A stretch of DNA of 63,932 nt, filler included, from Octopus bimaculoides (GCF_001194135.2; 6 parts of 5 records of this genome joined end to end with filler, not necessarily neighbours in it), one strand, 5' to 3'; counted from the whole stretch's first letter, positions 37,861 to 52,025 are shown. The notes: generated by a model from the letters alone, not told the origin. Program-made: numbers and translations.

Positions 37861-40604
37861 TTTACAATTAACATACAAAAGTCTCCCTATCAAAAATATT
37901 TCCAAATGCATGCAAGTTACATATGTAGAACAATTATCACATACGTTTAATCGGTTTGAGTTAATTTTGCTTCAATTGAGAAATTTGCAACATTTTTGAT
38001 ATTACTGAAAAAGATAGTCACTAGAAATTAAATATTAAGAAATACCTAATGAAAAATGCATTATATAAATAGAATAAAGTTTTATATTTACACCATACTA
38101 TATTCTCTTCTCTTACTACGAAAGCACCTGGTTATAAAATGTATTTCAAATAATGATATTAATTCCAACAAACCTTGATTACATTTTAGTGTTTAATAAT
38201 ATGGAGTTATGGATTCTCTTTTTCTCTTTCTTACACGAGTTTTGCTTTTCACATTCCTATTTAGGTTAAACTTAAGAGGCGTTTGATGCATGAAATGAAA
38301 ATATGAAATAGAATGCGAAGAATGAAATTACAAATAATTGCGAAAATCCTAATTATATATTATTGGATTACCACTAAATAAAAGAGAAAATAATTGGCGC
38401 ATGGAAATTATTTCATAATTACTTCTCCAAATGTGATATATAAATATCTAATTTGATTTCAAAGATGCTAAAATGTGTTGTAGTGTATTAATCTTCAAAA
38501 ATTATTTTATTGAAGAAAATAAATATCGTAAAATACTTTCTACAGAAATAAAAGGGCATCAATAGCTTGTATTTCATAAATTCGGTTTAAATGTAACATT
38601 TAACTCTGCATATATGTGCTGCATTCTACTGTGATTCTTCATACAGGTGGATGTCTGTCTAAACAAAACGACTATAATTATTTGTTCAAGTTCGTATACC
38701 CGTCGGTGCGGTTGCGTGTAATACCATTAACAGAAATGCAAATATCAAAAGTGATTAGACAACGACATTCAGTAACCACTGATTTATTTCCGGTTAAGCC
38801 AAATCTGTTCGCAGAAATGCCATTAGAAAAACATATAAAATCTCAAGACGCGTGGACTGGCATATAGAACTATAAAGGATGTGAACATATATATATATAT
38901 ATATATATACATACACACACACACATACACGCACTCACATGCATATATATATATATATATATATATATANNNNNNNNNNNNNNNNNNNNNNNNNNNNNAT
39001 ATATTCACAAACACTCAAACCCACTTACATGCGCATACACAGCAGAATCACATACACACATACTTACACTCATCGTAAAATATTATGTATTGCAAATATA
39101 ACTTGATTTTATGAGAGAATTATGATACTAAAACAGCATTCAGATTTGTACATGTATACACCCCGATTAAATATCAGATATTCGCTCGAGATATTATATT
39201 ATTTATAAAAGGAAATACTCAAATTTAAATTTTGCATATACACCTTGGTTTCATATGTTTCAAGGAATCTATCAGAAAATGTATTTGGAATTTAAAAGCT
39301 CCAAGGCCATAGTGAATATCCGAAATTGTTTTTGTTGTTTCTTTGATCTGTTAGCTGTTCGACATGGAGAGATTAGCATTCTGTAAAGAAAAAGCAAATT
39401 GTTTTTGTACTGGCTCCTATATGTAAACAACTCTTCATCCCTTTCATATAATATTTCCCATTTCCCATATAGCATAAGATGAGTAATACACGAGGAATAA
39501 CATATTCCTACATCTGTTGGCGGTCTGTCATGGAGAGACAGAGAGGAAACAATTACAGAGAAACGGGTGAGAACAGAAATAATTCAAATATAAATAAGAC
39601 AAATGACGTGCGATACGCATTTGTGTGTGCGTGTGTGTCTGTGTGTGTGTTTCTGAGTGTGTTTGTGCCTGTATATCTACACAGATTTAAGGTGATGTAT
39701 GTAGAACGACTTCGTTTTCGCTACTACACTGACAAGTATAATGTTTTAAATAATTGCACTCTAGTACAATAAGTTTAAAAGCAGAAAACGCGAATGAAAT
39801 ACAAAGAAAAATCCCTTAGATTCGTTCGCGTTGTGTGAGAGATACATAGGGAGTATGTGCTTGTGTATGTGTGTTCATGCATATGTGCAATGGCTAATAG
39901 TACCATTCATTATATTTGTCCTTCATCCATATAAGAAATTTATGATACCAGGATTTTCATAATAGTTATTCTAGGCTAACTGCATTTGTTCGTATTCCAA
40001 CTCTGATGTACACAACATTATCGCTTAAAAAACGTGAAGAAAGTCTTCTGATTTGCACATACTGAAGCGTGTAAGCAGATACGCGAGTGCACACAGATGT
40101 TGTGTGTGTGTGTGTGTCCATGTTTATATATATATATATATATNNNNNNNNNNNNNNNNNNNNNNNNNNNNNNNNNNNNNNNNNNNNNNNNNNNNNNNNN
40201 NNNNNNNNNNNNNNNNNNNNNNNNNNNNNNNNNNNNNNNNNNNNNNNNNNNNNNNNNNNNNNNNNNNNNNNNNNNNNNNNNNNNNNNNNNNNNNNNNNNN
40301 NNNNNNNNNNNNNNNNNNNNNNNNNNNNNNNNNNNNNNNNNNNNNNNNNNNNNNNNNNNNNNNNNNNNNNNNNNNNNNNNNNNNNNNNNNNNNNNNNNNN
40401 NNNNNNNNNNNNNNNNNNNNNNNNNNNNNNNNNNNNNNNNNNNNNNNNNNNNNNNNNNNNNNNNNNNNNNNNNNNNNNNNNNNNNNNNNNNNNNNNNNNN
40501 NNNNNNNNNNNNNNNNNNNNNNNNNNNNNNNNNNNNNNNNNNNNNNNNNNNNNNNNNNNNNNNNNNNNNNNNNNNNNNNNNNNNNNNNNATATATATATA
40601 TATA

Positions 40605-41700
40605 ACGGGGTTGGACAAAATAATGGAAACACCTTAAATTTCAAGTAAATTTATTTAAATATAGGGCAGCACTAGCTTTGATAGTAATTATAGCTTGAAT
40701 TCTACGATGTATTGACTCGTAGAAAGGTTGAATTGTTTCCGAAGGAATGTTCGTCCATTATACACCTAAAACAGTTTCCTCTTCCTGTAATGATGATGGT
40801 GGAGGATATCGAATACTTATATGTTTTTCTAAAATGCACCATAAATGTTCAAATATATTGAGATCTGGGGACAGTGGTGCCCAGATAAGATGTTCACGTT
40901 CACTAGAATGTTCATCGTACCATTCAGAAACAAATTTATCTGTGTGAATTAGTGTATTATCATCCTGATGATTGCGTTTCCCTTCCGGAAACAGTTCCGC
41001 AAACATAGGATGAATTTGATCAGATAAAATGCTTAAATATTCTTCTGTATTAATTCTGACGTGAAGGGAACCCATTGGGCCGGCAGATTTCCGAGATATA
41101 GTTCTCCCTACCCCAGATCATTACCGATCCTCCCCCATGTTTAAGAGTTGGAAGAAGGCAGTCTGGGTAAAATGCGTCTTTTGGCGCCTTCAAAACGTAT
41201 ACTCGGCCGGTAATCGGAAATAAAGTAACGGATGACACACCCGAGAAAATAACATTATTTCACTGCTCTAGGGAACAATTCTGTAGATTTTACTCCACTC
41301 TAAATGCTTTGCAACACTTATTTTTTGAAATTAGTGGTTTTCTGATTGCACCCTCCTATGAAATCCGGCTTTGTTCAGATCCTGGTGGACAGTTCGTGTG
41401 GAAACTGAATTCTCAAGGTACTCATTAATCCCTGCAGTAATTTTGAGAGCTTTACATAAGTGATATTTTTTCACAACTCGCATAAGAGTCCGACGGTCCC
41501 TATCTGAAAGTTTTGGTTTTCTTCCGGAGTTTTGTTTCGACGAGAATATTTTTCCCGCTTTCTCAAAGACTGTTATTACTTTCGAGACATTGCTTCGTGA
41601 TAAACCAAACATTTCGGACGTTTTCTTTACGCTAACACCTGCAATACGAGCACCTACGATTTGAACTATTTGAAAGTCCGATAGATCTACCTTTCTGATG
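40605..41700 (-). mobile_element. Degenerate Tc1-like transposon with DD36E spacing
   Basis: Minus-strand peptides SGRKPKLSDRDRRTL..., LPTLKHGGGSVMIWG, QDDN...SPDLNIFEHLW; one TIR CGGGGTTGGACAAAATAATGGAAACACC at 40605-40633. Confidence 0.85.
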
Positions 41701-42921
41701 AATTTTAATTACCTTTTTCTGATAATACCTGAAACGAAAAAGTTATTTTAGCACAACATATTAAGCAACACAAATCATGTGGTGGCATAGATGTACGAAT
41801 TTCAAGTGTTAAGGAATATGTGCAGAAAGTAATGGCCAGAATTCTTATTTGTAGGGAAAGGTGAAGCACGTGAACAGAGGTGTAGGGCCATTATGGAAAT
41901 GAGGCCAAATGTTCAGCCGTGTTGTGTGATTTATTCGATAAAATATACCTATTTCTTGATATATAGTGGGTTTACCAATGCGATATGTGTGGTAGAGAAA
42001 TAATTATGCTAAGAGGAAGAGGCGAGAGTGAAGAAGAATGAGAGGTCGTATAAGTATTTAGCTATAAATCGGCGACTAGGAGGGGATTCAGATTTATACT
42101 TTTATAAGATGCAACATACACAATCAGAGCAGTGAAGGTGCTATAGCTATAAGCGTTTGTTAATAGTTACCAGAAGCAATAATTGATTTACTGTAACAAT
42201 AAGACACGTACAATTTGTTATAGTATGTGAAATTATACTAATTTCCAGTATGTGTAAACTCTGAACCATGGAACCGAATAAAGAATTAAAAGATTTGGTA
42301 GAATTTTCAATGTAATAAAAGATGGGGAATAAATAGGTTTACTGTAGATTAAATCAAAGGAATTTGTAAAAATGCATAAGACAACTTTAAGACATGTTTT
42401 GGAGAAGTGGATGGAATTTTTTTTAATGCACTCTGCTTAGCTTTTGTGATAATATTGGAATATTGTAAAGATCCGGTGTACACAGTTGCTTAACGCTTCA
42501 TTCATCGGTTCAGTAATTGCGATAGATTAGTAATTAGGTTTCATATATATTAATTTATATACGAATGACAAGAGTTATGTACTACCAATATGGTATGGTG
42601 CGCCAATATCAATGTGTGTGGTTAGCTAGTGAAGAGTGTTTATTGAGTCTAACAGATTTTTAAAAAGCTCAGAGAGGCTATGTATTGGCGATTAAAGTTG
42701 ACTGCAGCACTAATATATATACTGATAGAGCTTTGTTGTTAAAGACCTTATGTCTATAGACAACATTATACCTATGACAGTTGCCTTTTAGTGAACAATT
42801 ACTACCAATATAACAGCTGCATCATTACAGGCTCTTCTGTTGGTGCTACTACTAATTGAACTGTCCAATTCATATCCGTCTCATATGCTGTTTTCTACAG
42901 TATTTTCCATGTTTTATATAC

Positions 42922-42946
42922 TCTTCTTCTTCTTCTTCTTCTTCTT

Positions 42947-43017
<71 letters not shown>

Positions 43018-43025
43018 CATTATTA
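42922..43025. repeat. (CTT)n(ATT)n compound microsatellite
   Basis: Direct reading. Confidence 0.97.
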
Positions 43026-46000
43026 TTCATTTTTTTCTTTTCCCCACTTCCTACAATTTATGGTGATCTTTATCGGAACAACGTATTTCTTGTTAACTGC
43101 TGGTCCTTTAAAGCAGCTTCAGAAGAAACTAGACGAGATCTACATAAATTATTTTGTTAATTTTATCTTCTGTATTACGTTTGATTTTAGCCATGAAAAT
43201 GCTAACTTATTCGAGGTAAGCTTAAAAGGGAACCCTTCATAATAATCTCCACACCAAGAGATAAATGAATATCTAGTATATTAATATTCATATTAATCAT
43301 CATTGATCGGTCCTGAATATGTTGTGAAGTGTATTTCCATTAGAATATCTAACCATTAAGCAAATGAAAATCTCTTTAATAACAAACCCACTTATTATAT
43401 TCAAGACCAATTACCTGACGCAATAAATTTTCATCGCATTATAATATTAAGCAACAGCCAATTGGACTAATTATAGCAACACCAAAAATGACCGATATTA
43501 TTCACACAACAGCCGAAGGATAACATAAGCATCAGCAACAAAAAAACAAAGCAACAACAAAAACAGTTCTAATGCCGACGTTGGATGTGGACGATTGAAC
43601 GAAACTGTAAACTCCTAAAGTTACCACTTCAGTCATAAGGAAAATAAAATGGATTTTATTATTAAATTTTTGATTCAGTTCATGTGCCTTGACCAGGTGA
43701 GTAATAACATCGTACATTAGATTATACACAATCTAAAAAAGGGAAATTGTATGGCATCATCTGTTATAGTTTAGCTGATGTTGGCGCTTATAATATCTTC
43801 TCAATAAGAATGTATTATCTTCCCTGCAATTTGATACTGACACTACATATCTGTCGTGCCCCCTTATATAACGCTAGAAAGCTCGCTAATCGTATCTCTT
43901 TAGAAATATTCAGTATTCAACTGTTGTCGCCTTTAATAACAAATTATTAAGCCAAGCTTCTAATATTGATTTCTTTGATATTACAATCCGTTATTCTTAG
44001 TAAGCTCATGTAGGGGATTTAGTAGGACTATGTCTCCTTCAAGGGTTCTCCATCATTTGTCCCCATTATTAGGCATAGCTGAACATAGTAGGTCAAATAA
44101 GTATCTTATATACTAATCGCAAACTACATTAAATATTTTGCTTGTTTTCAAACCTTTTTACATCTCAACTCATACGTTACTCTTATATTACTTTATATTA
44201 ATTGAAATTATGAATATTTACAGTAGCGTACTGGTCACTATACATTTTCTGGCCATTTCGCTAAGGTTGTGTAGCGCTCACAAACATTTCTGTTAATACG
44301 TAAGGCAAATGAAATTGTGTAACTAATTATGTTTATCTAAATGGCGTGGAATATCAAAGGCATATGTCGCAATTCATGCTATAACTGTAAATATCTGCAT
44401 GTGATTTTGTAGAATGTATAAAAGAGTGTAGTTGTCAATACAGTATATGTGGAATACTGCAGTACCACTTTGTAACTGCATTAAATGGAGTCCTTTAATG
44501 GCATAAACTACGCAATTCGAGCTGCCTTGTGCTATAATGCAACGCTGATATGCAATTCAACACAATTTTTGCAAGTACTGATTTTATTTGATCTCCAATA
44601 TATGAAATGACTTACCACTGAGACAACATATATGGCATTCATAATTTTTTCTGAAAAATATTTCAGATATAATTCACCAAATTTATCCGTTTTAAATCTC
44701 CAATGTATCATTGCAAACAGAAAGCATTGCGTTTTTGTTTTTTTTTACATCATGCTACCAAGTGCCTGAAACAGCATTCAAAGATTTGAAACAAATATTT
44801 TGAACTGAATAAAACGCAACTTAAACTGATTTGAAAGCGTTTTCATGTTAAGCAGCCCCCATATTTCTTATATACGTGTTCATTCTTTTGGATGTATTCA
44901 ATATCAAATATCAAGTAAACTAAAATTGAAATGCACTAGTAACTTATATTTCATTAAGATATTTCACACTAAAATACTTTTATCTTAATTTATTTCTGTC
45001 AAAAAGTAGAGATCATATACGCTTGATATATTTCAGTCGGTTGAATCTCCTATTTCAATCATCAATGTGATAACATCTACTGTTCTGGCACAGAAAGGAC
45101 TCATACAAAAAATTTAATGGAACATGAACTATGTTTAGGAAAAAAGACACTGTACTTGTCATGAGAATAGTTTTTCCTTAGAGATACGTTCCACGAAGAC
45201 TGCAGTAGTGCTCAATAATAAAATCGAAAACTATATATGGTCATATATTTCTAACCTATGGAATCGATTTTTTTTATTGTTTATGTATTCATAACTAAAC
45301 GAAGACATGCTTTTTTTATGAAAAGGTTAAGGATGCGGAATCTTTACGCCTTATTTCTGGGTTAGGCGACAAGTGTGGAACGGTTGTTAAATATATTTGT
45401 AGGCTACACGCATGTCGTTCTTAAACATAATTGATTTTGATAATGACTTCGAAGTTTCGAGTTGATATGGCATTGTCGTACTGCGATTAATTGAATTTAA
45501 TTTGAACTTCATATAGAACTTGTTAGTTAAAAATTTCTCTTGATTATGTTGGTGCCACTGGAGTGATAAGGAGGTTTTAGCGTGGGTAGTTTATTAAATT
45601 TGATGCCACGTTATTGTTTAGAAATCATTTATGAATTTAGAGCTTTGTGTCAACCATAAAATATCAGGAGACATGAGAGTCGAATATATTTATTCAGCTA
45701 ATTGATATCCATAGGATTATGGCCGTTTCCCAGCCAAGGGAGTGCAAAAATACTTGTATTCCCATAAATTATTTTAAATGTCTGCACCAATATGCATGCT
45801 ACACATCTAAAAGTAAAGTAGGGCTCTTCAGATCCCCATAACAACATGGTTGCAACGACGCTTCCCCTATATGTGTGTGTATGTGTGTGTATCTATGTAA
45901 GTTTTCATTTAAAAACTCACAAACGCACGCAATCAAGAACGCATACAAACACACACGCATACACACATACGCACACACACACACACAGAGACTGAAACAC

Positions 46001-47753
46001 ACGCGCGCGTGCACTCACATATAAATGCATTATTCACGGTGAACGGTCAGAAATAACATAATGATTTCCACATTAAATCTAAGCATATTCTGCTATTTCC
46101 GCACGTAAATATGCAAATTTGTGGCGAGTTCCTTTATACGTGAGCAACCTCTTTTTTCAGGCGAATGCATTTAGGTTAGCCCCGTAGTTTAGATGTCATA
46201 AGCGACTATGGAACATCCAGTGATATACTATAGCGTTTCTCGTCAGCCATTTACCCGCACATTCGCAAGTACACACACACACACACACACACACATACAC
46301 ACTCACACATACACAGACGCAGAGGCACGCATACATAAATCATTATCTTGAATACATTTTAGTCAAATGAATAGACCATAATACTTATGATGCTTTTAAA
46401 GATGTCCTTATTCTCATGGAATCTTTTGGCGGACCGCTATGTTACTGGGACGTAAATACATCACACTGACTGTGAAGCGGTGGTGGGAGGTGGGGACACA
46501 ATAACACGCACCTTCGTATAAAATACAATGCATTATATTATATTCTAGTCTAAACAATTTAAATATTTTAGACAATGTATGCTTGTGTTTGGGGAAGTGT
46601 GTTTGAGCGTTCTTTAAACTGCCTAAAGAAATTTGAGTCATTGACAAAGGGGAGAGTTCTCCAGCATGGTCACAGCCTCAACGATGAAACATAGAATAAT
46701 AAAGGAATATATATATATATATATATATATATANNNNNNNNNNNNNNNNNNNNNNNNNNNNNNNNNNNNNNNNNNNNTTAATTAATTAANNNNNNNNNNN
46801 NNNNNNNNNNNNNNNNNNNNNNNNNNNNNNNNNTATATATATATATATATATATATATGCATATATAAGAAAATGTGTTGTTGAAAATGCACCTAAATTT
46901 TAAAAACTTGTAAATGTTTAAAATACATTTATTTACATATATACCAAACTACTTTCAACAATATGTTTTTGTTTATCAATGATAAAAATTTAAAATTAGA
47001 AATACATCTTTAAAAGTTTCAATGTTGACAAATTAAAATGTTTCAATTTTGACAAACTAAAATGTTTCAATATTGATAAATTAAGATGTTCAAAACAGAA
47101 AGTGTAAGTTTGAATGTTCATAGCAGTCAATAAAATTAAAACTGTATATCAATTTGTTTGAATGCACAAAGTTCATTAATTTTAGTGGTGGTCGTCAAGT
47201 CATACTGAAAAAAAACAAAAACAAAAAAACAAATGTGAAATGAAAGTAGTAAAAAAAGGGAATTTGGTTTACAGTTTCTCTGATCCCCTTGTAAGAGACG
47301 CTTTCGCTTGTAGTGGTATGTTTTGGGATCATATGAATTTATAACTTTTTTCTGCAAGCGGATCTGATTTTTGATTAGCTAAAATACTGGCGACGTTTTT
47401 TTTTCCGTGGTCAAGCTTGTTGTTCTGCTTGGTTGGTTTCCTTATGGAGACGGTCAAAAGTCGTTCAGGTTGGTTGGTTCTCTTAAAGGATCATTTCGTT
47501 GTATTCGCTGAAGTTCGGTTTTGATTGGTCTGGAATTAGGTAACGACAGCAAGTGGTGTTTGTAGAATTTCATTGGACTGGAGGTGGGTGACGTCAGCAA
47601 CTGGTGTTTGTATGGTGATTTGGAGTTGCAGTTTTGGATCCTGGGTGGAAGATTGTTACTAAAGATTACAAAAAATTTTTGTTGTTGTTCCTGGTTGTTT
47701 TTTGTGTTGAAATTGAGTCTTTTTTCTTTTCTTTTTACTGCTTTTTCTTCTTT

Positions 47754-48250
47754 CTAAAGGATGTTCAGTTGTGGTTTATATTTTTTTAATCAATATGTTT
47801 TCCTTATTTAAGCGGAATTGGGTTGAAGTGTTTCCAGTGCATTGCTTTGATATTTAGGGTTTATGTCTACGGGGCATTGGTCTAGGTGCTTGCTTACGGG
47901 AATTTTCCTAGTAGTGGGGTCCCGGATTTGTTGCCTGTGCACCGTAAGTCTATCCCTCAAAGTTAAGCTAGTTTGATCAATGTAGTCGCCACCACAACCT
48001 CCACATTTAAGAACATAGATTAAGTTCTTCGAAGCACAGGTGAAGTCATATTTTATGGCAAAAGTTTGACCTGACGTAAATTTGTATGTTGAGCTCTCTA
48101 AGAGGAAGATGCAAGTTCCGCAGTTAGGGCGGTTTCACTTTTTGACTTGTGGAGGTGTATTTTTGGTTGGTAATTTGGCACTGGTGAGTAATTTTTTTTA
48201 GGGAATGCGGTTGTCTCTTGCTTCTAATAATCCTCTTATCGAAGTATATA
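47754..48250 (-). mobile_element. Penelope-like element (Neptune-like) C-terminal Zn-knuckle and GIY-YIG endonuclease fragment
   Basis: IIRSKRQPHSLKK..NRPNCGTC..FTCASKNLIYVLKCGGCGGDYIDQT..LRDRLTVHRQQI..HL..C ..KYKPQLNIL*; stops and frameshifts present. Confidence 0.85.
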
Positions 48251-48530
48251 TATAAAATCCTATATAGATTTTATCCTTGATTGATGGGGTGTTTTCACAC
48301 CTTTTTACCATAAGAGATAATTTTTCTCCATAGTAACTGCAGTGTATTTGCCTTTAGCAGTTGAAATATGTGACAAACGTAGTTCAACTAATCTAAATTG
48401 TGATTATACGTAAACACTGCTTAGCACATTTACTCCGATATTTTTCTCGATCGGGCGATCTACTAGCGCAAATCAGTCAATGTGTTGGCTGAATTATATA
48501 TAAAGTTATAAGCTTTGTCAGTTGGCTCAG

Positions 48531-48613
48531 GGTTGCCCCTCTCAGGAACATCTGATCGACAAGAGTCAACAAACTCGAAACATCGATGTCTCAGATTCCC
48601 GAGAGAGGGCGAC
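48531..48613 (+). ncRNA. Degenerate hammerhead-like motif with long helix I
   Basis: GAGT-CAACAA-ACTC-GAAA-CATCGATG-TC; palindromic ACATCGATGT, GUC triplet, flanking stem of about 20 bp; the CUGANGA position reads TCGACAA. Confidence 0.45.
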
Positions 48614-48829
48614 ACTGAACGAACAGGGTGTTTTCACACCTTTTTACCATCGCAAAAAGTAAGTTAACTGCAGTATTTGTCCAGAGATATCTCTTGTTGG
48701 ATGTACTGTGTTTAGAAACAGAAATATATCAGTAGCAGACGAAAATCGTTCAGTAGCAACGGTAAGAATGTTAGATGCACATTTCTGTCTCGTTTCGCTT
48801 TGTCAGTAGCACGACTCTGCCAACTACAT

Positions 48830-49137
48830 TTTTTTTCGCCCTTCTAAAGCCTAGCCAGACTCATGGGCCCGGTTTCCCGGTTTCTATGGCGTATGTGTTC
48901 CCCCCAGCTGGACGGGACGCCAGTCCATCGCAGCGTTACTCAAGAAACAGGAAGAAAGAGTGAGAGAAAGTTGGGACGAAAGAGTACAACAGGGGTCGCC
49001 CCCCCCCCTACCGGAGCCTCGTGGGACTTTAGGTGTTTTCGCTTAATAAACACTCACAACGTCCGGTCTGGGAATCGAAACCGTGATTCTCCGACTGCGA
49101 GTCCGCTGCCCTAACCACTGGGCCATTGCGCCTCCAT
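48830..49137 (-). mobile_element. SINE family C, variant with V-domain-like body
   Basis: tRNA-like head GGCGCAATGGCCCAGTGGTTAGGGCAGCGGACTCGC..GGTTTCGATTCCC; poly(A) tail; 12-bp TSD TGCCAACTACAT (48818-48829 / 49138-49149). Confidence 0.92.
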
Positions 49138-49296
49138 TGCCAACTACATGGTAAAGCAAAATCCTTCTCTACTGAGATAGAAAAACAGTGATTGAATAAT
49201 CACTAATGTCGTAAATATTCTGTCCCTCCTGCTGATTGTGGAGTCTACATGTAGTATCGAGGGAAATCTCCAGACGCCTGAAGAAATCTGGTCGAG

Positions 49297-49370
49297 AAGG
49301 CGTGGCTGTGTGGTAAGAATTTTGCTTCTCAACCACATGGTTCTGGGTTCAGTTCCACCTTCGGGGCGTA
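49297..49370 (+). mobile_element. SINE family B head fragment
   Basis: GGCGTGGCTGTGTGGTAAGAA...CCACATGGTTCTGGGTTCAGTTCCAC. Confidence 0.75.
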
Positions 49371-49394
49371 AACAAACAACCATTTTACTGCTGT

Positions 49395-49670
49395 TCACGA
49401 CAGGACTATCAATTTACATACTGGGTCCATGAAGATGGTCTGTATCATGAGATCCAAACCTTTCCGAAACAACACATCCACTCCACTTTCCAATCTCGGT
49501 TAAGTTGGAGATTCGTACAACTCGTACCCACCGAAAATGGATGTGAAGGCTCGTGGCTTGGAAATTCTGGTCTCGCCAATGATCACTACATCCATATCTA
49601 GTGATCTGATCTTGTTGAGCTGGTGACATTACTTCCACGGCGACCCTAGGCCTCTTGCATTTATACTGTC
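49395..49670 (-). mobile_element. Tx1/L1-like LINE AP-endonuclease N-terminal fragment
   Basis: INARGLGSPWK*..LDMDVVIIGETRI..ESGVDVLFRKGL..FMDPVCKLIV matches APE motifs N.RGL, D...ET, SGV..L; internal stops. Confidence 0.75.
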
Positions 49671-50642
49671 TATTTTAAGTAAGGCTATTTAGTCGGAAGG
49701 AGGAAGAGGAGAAGAACCCACCTTATACTAAAGGAGAGACAATTATTACAGCCCCTGCAACTGGTTATGTCTTCCACATGTTGTTCATTATACAGGCTTT
49801 TGTTTACATCTCTCTAGAAGTCTCCTACTCTTACTTCTCTGGGGTATTTATTTTTTAAGATGTTATGTGTTTTGATATTTCGATGATTTTTATGATTAGT
49901 TGATATATTGTAGTCATAGTGCGTGATGCTTCTATGTTGGTGTATGTGATCCATTAGTTAGTTATTATTTGTGTTTATGGCCGCCTAGTTAATAATCTTT
50001 TTGTTCGTGTTGAGGTGTGTTCTAACTGTTGGTGTGTGCGAGTGAGTAAGGTTGCGCTTTGCTTGTAATGATGGCGCCTGCGATATTGGTGGTGGTGATG
50101 GACATGACAGTGTTGATAGTACTGATGCTGCTATTGTTGGAGGTGGTGTTGTTGAATTGTTACTCAAATACAACTTCCCTATTTGTTCATGTTTCACAAT
50201 TTCTTTTATCCGCATGTTTTTATTTCTATTCCCTTTATTTCCATTACTAACTTTTTGCTATTTAGGCTCCCCAAAGACACCTTCACCACACTACATGTCT
50301 ATGTGGTGTGAGTCGGGAAGGGGTTTGTCTTGGTGAGGGCTTTGATTTTATTTTGTTGTTGTTTTGGGGATTTTCTCTTACGGTTGTTTGTGATGTGGTG
50401 GTTTTTGATGGCGATGTATCTTCTGTTGTTTATCTTGCTGTTGCTTCTTCTCATTGTATTGTTGCTGCATGTGCTGCTTCTAGTCTTTTAGCTGATGCTG
50501 CAATCACTGTTGCTGCGGTTGCATGCTGTTGTTGTAGTGACGCCTTTCTTTTAGCTGTCATTTCTGTTGTTGTTGTTGTTGGAAGCAGCCTTGAGGTAGT
50601 TAGTATTTCCACTGTTGCAGCATCAAGGCCTTCTATCCTACC

Positions 50643-50830
50643 ATACCAGTTATTGTAGGATCTCTAGGAATGATAAAAAAAAAGGTACTGAAACCTATTT
50701 GAAAATGATACCAGGCTTACCATCCCTACAGGAAGTGCAAAAAATCGTGCTAACTGGAACGACTCATGTACTGAGAAGAGCATTATCGCTGTGAAAACAA
50801 CATCCATTCATGATTTTTTTTTTTAAATAC
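50643..50830 (+). mobile_element. R4/Dong-like retroelement extreme 3' end
   Basis: IPVIVGSLGMIK(fs)GTETYLKMIPGLPSLQEVQKIVLTGTTHVLRRALSL* parallels the C-terminus at 51292-51675. Confidence 0.8.
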
Positions 50831-50980
50831 ATGGTTTACCTGTGAATTTGCGTGTGTAAACTGGGATTGCATACAACGAGTTTCTCTGCCCTAGGTGTAC
50901 GGAAAACACTCGGCGAGAAATGGAAGAAAATTTGAAGAAAGAAGGAAAAAAACAACATAATAATAATAATGATAATAATG

Positions 50981-51038
<58 letters not shown>

Positions 51039-51048
51039 TAATAATAAT

Positions 51049-51224
51049 ACTTTCTGCTATAGGCACAAGACCTGAAATTTCACTGCTACTTAGTTTCTCG
51101 ACCCTGAAAGGATGAAAGGCAAAGTCGACCTCGACGGAATTTGAACTCAGAACATGGCGAAAGGCGAAATACCATTAAGCATTTCGTCTGGTGTGTGCTA
51201 ACGATTCTGCCAGCTCACCACCTT
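51049..51224 (-). mobile_element. SINE family A
   Basis: Plus strand AAAGGATGAAAGGCAAAGTCGACCTCG..GGAATTTGAACTCAGAAC..CTGCCAGCTCACCACCTT. Confidence 0.88.
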
Positions 51225-51291
51225 AACTACAACAACAACAACAACAACAACAGCAATAATAATAATAAATAATAATAATAATAATAAAAGA

Positions 51292-51810
51292 GAAAACGAG
51301 AAAGCAACCATACTCTGGGATATGCCAATACACACAGATAGAGAAATTAAGGCAAATAGACCAGATATAGTTGTCAAAGATCATGAAGAAAAAAAATGCT
51401 TTCTAATTGATGTATCAATACCAGCAGATGACAACGTTTCCCTAAAAGAAACGGAAAAACTTTCAAAATACAAAGACCTGGAAATAGAGGTAACTCGAAT
51501 GTGGAATCTAAAAACAGAAACAATTCCTATCATAGTAGGTGCCTTAGGTATAATAAAAAAATATTCAGACAAATACATAACAAAAACACTAGGACTTACA
51601 AATATATATAACATACAGAAAATTGCACTACTGGGCACTGCACACATCCTACGCAAAACACTTTCAATACAGTAACCATAAGAGCACCACAGCAAACCAC
51701 AGCACATACCCAAGGCGCACAGAGCTGCGCTCGGTAGTGAAGTGAAAGCACGTTATAAAAATAAAACTACTGAACAATAATAATAATAGTATTAATAATA
51801 ATAATAATAA
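51292..51810 (+). mobile_element. 5'-truncated R4/Dong-like non-LTR retrotransposon (RLE domain, 3' UTR, (AAT)n tail)
   Basis: ENEKATILWDMPIHTDREIKANRPDIVVKD..CFLIDVSIP..EKLSKYKDL..IPIIVGALG..ALLGTAHILRK: PD-(D/E)xK restriction-like endonuclease; ORF open to TAA at 51675; (AAT)n on both sides. Confidence 0.92.
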
Positions 51811-51811
51811 T

Positions 51812-52025
51812 GAGCAGAAGTAGTGGGGGAGCATCATAGCCATGGGTCCCACCTGCGAGGTCATGCACTGTTTATCTTGATATGAGATCACCATGTCATG
51901 CACATATGGTTGTGGTGCATGTGCCTGGTGTACCCTTATCAGACGGGTAGTCATGATGGGTATATTGGGTTTCATATATTTTATCTCAGTGTCACTTTGA
52001 TGTCATGCACTGCTCTCTCACTCGA
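51812..52025 (+). mobile_element. (AAT)n-tailed non-coding element X, short internally deleted copy
   Basis: Shares GAGCAGAA..CATAGCCATG and CCCACCTGC...CTCTCTCACTC with 52110-52672. Confidence 0.75.

Noticed and set aside
43532-43729. Hydrophobic 65-aa minus-strand ORF, possibly a receptor fragment
   Set aside because: No recognisable motif, and all frames close shortly after; hydrophobicity is explained by T-richness.
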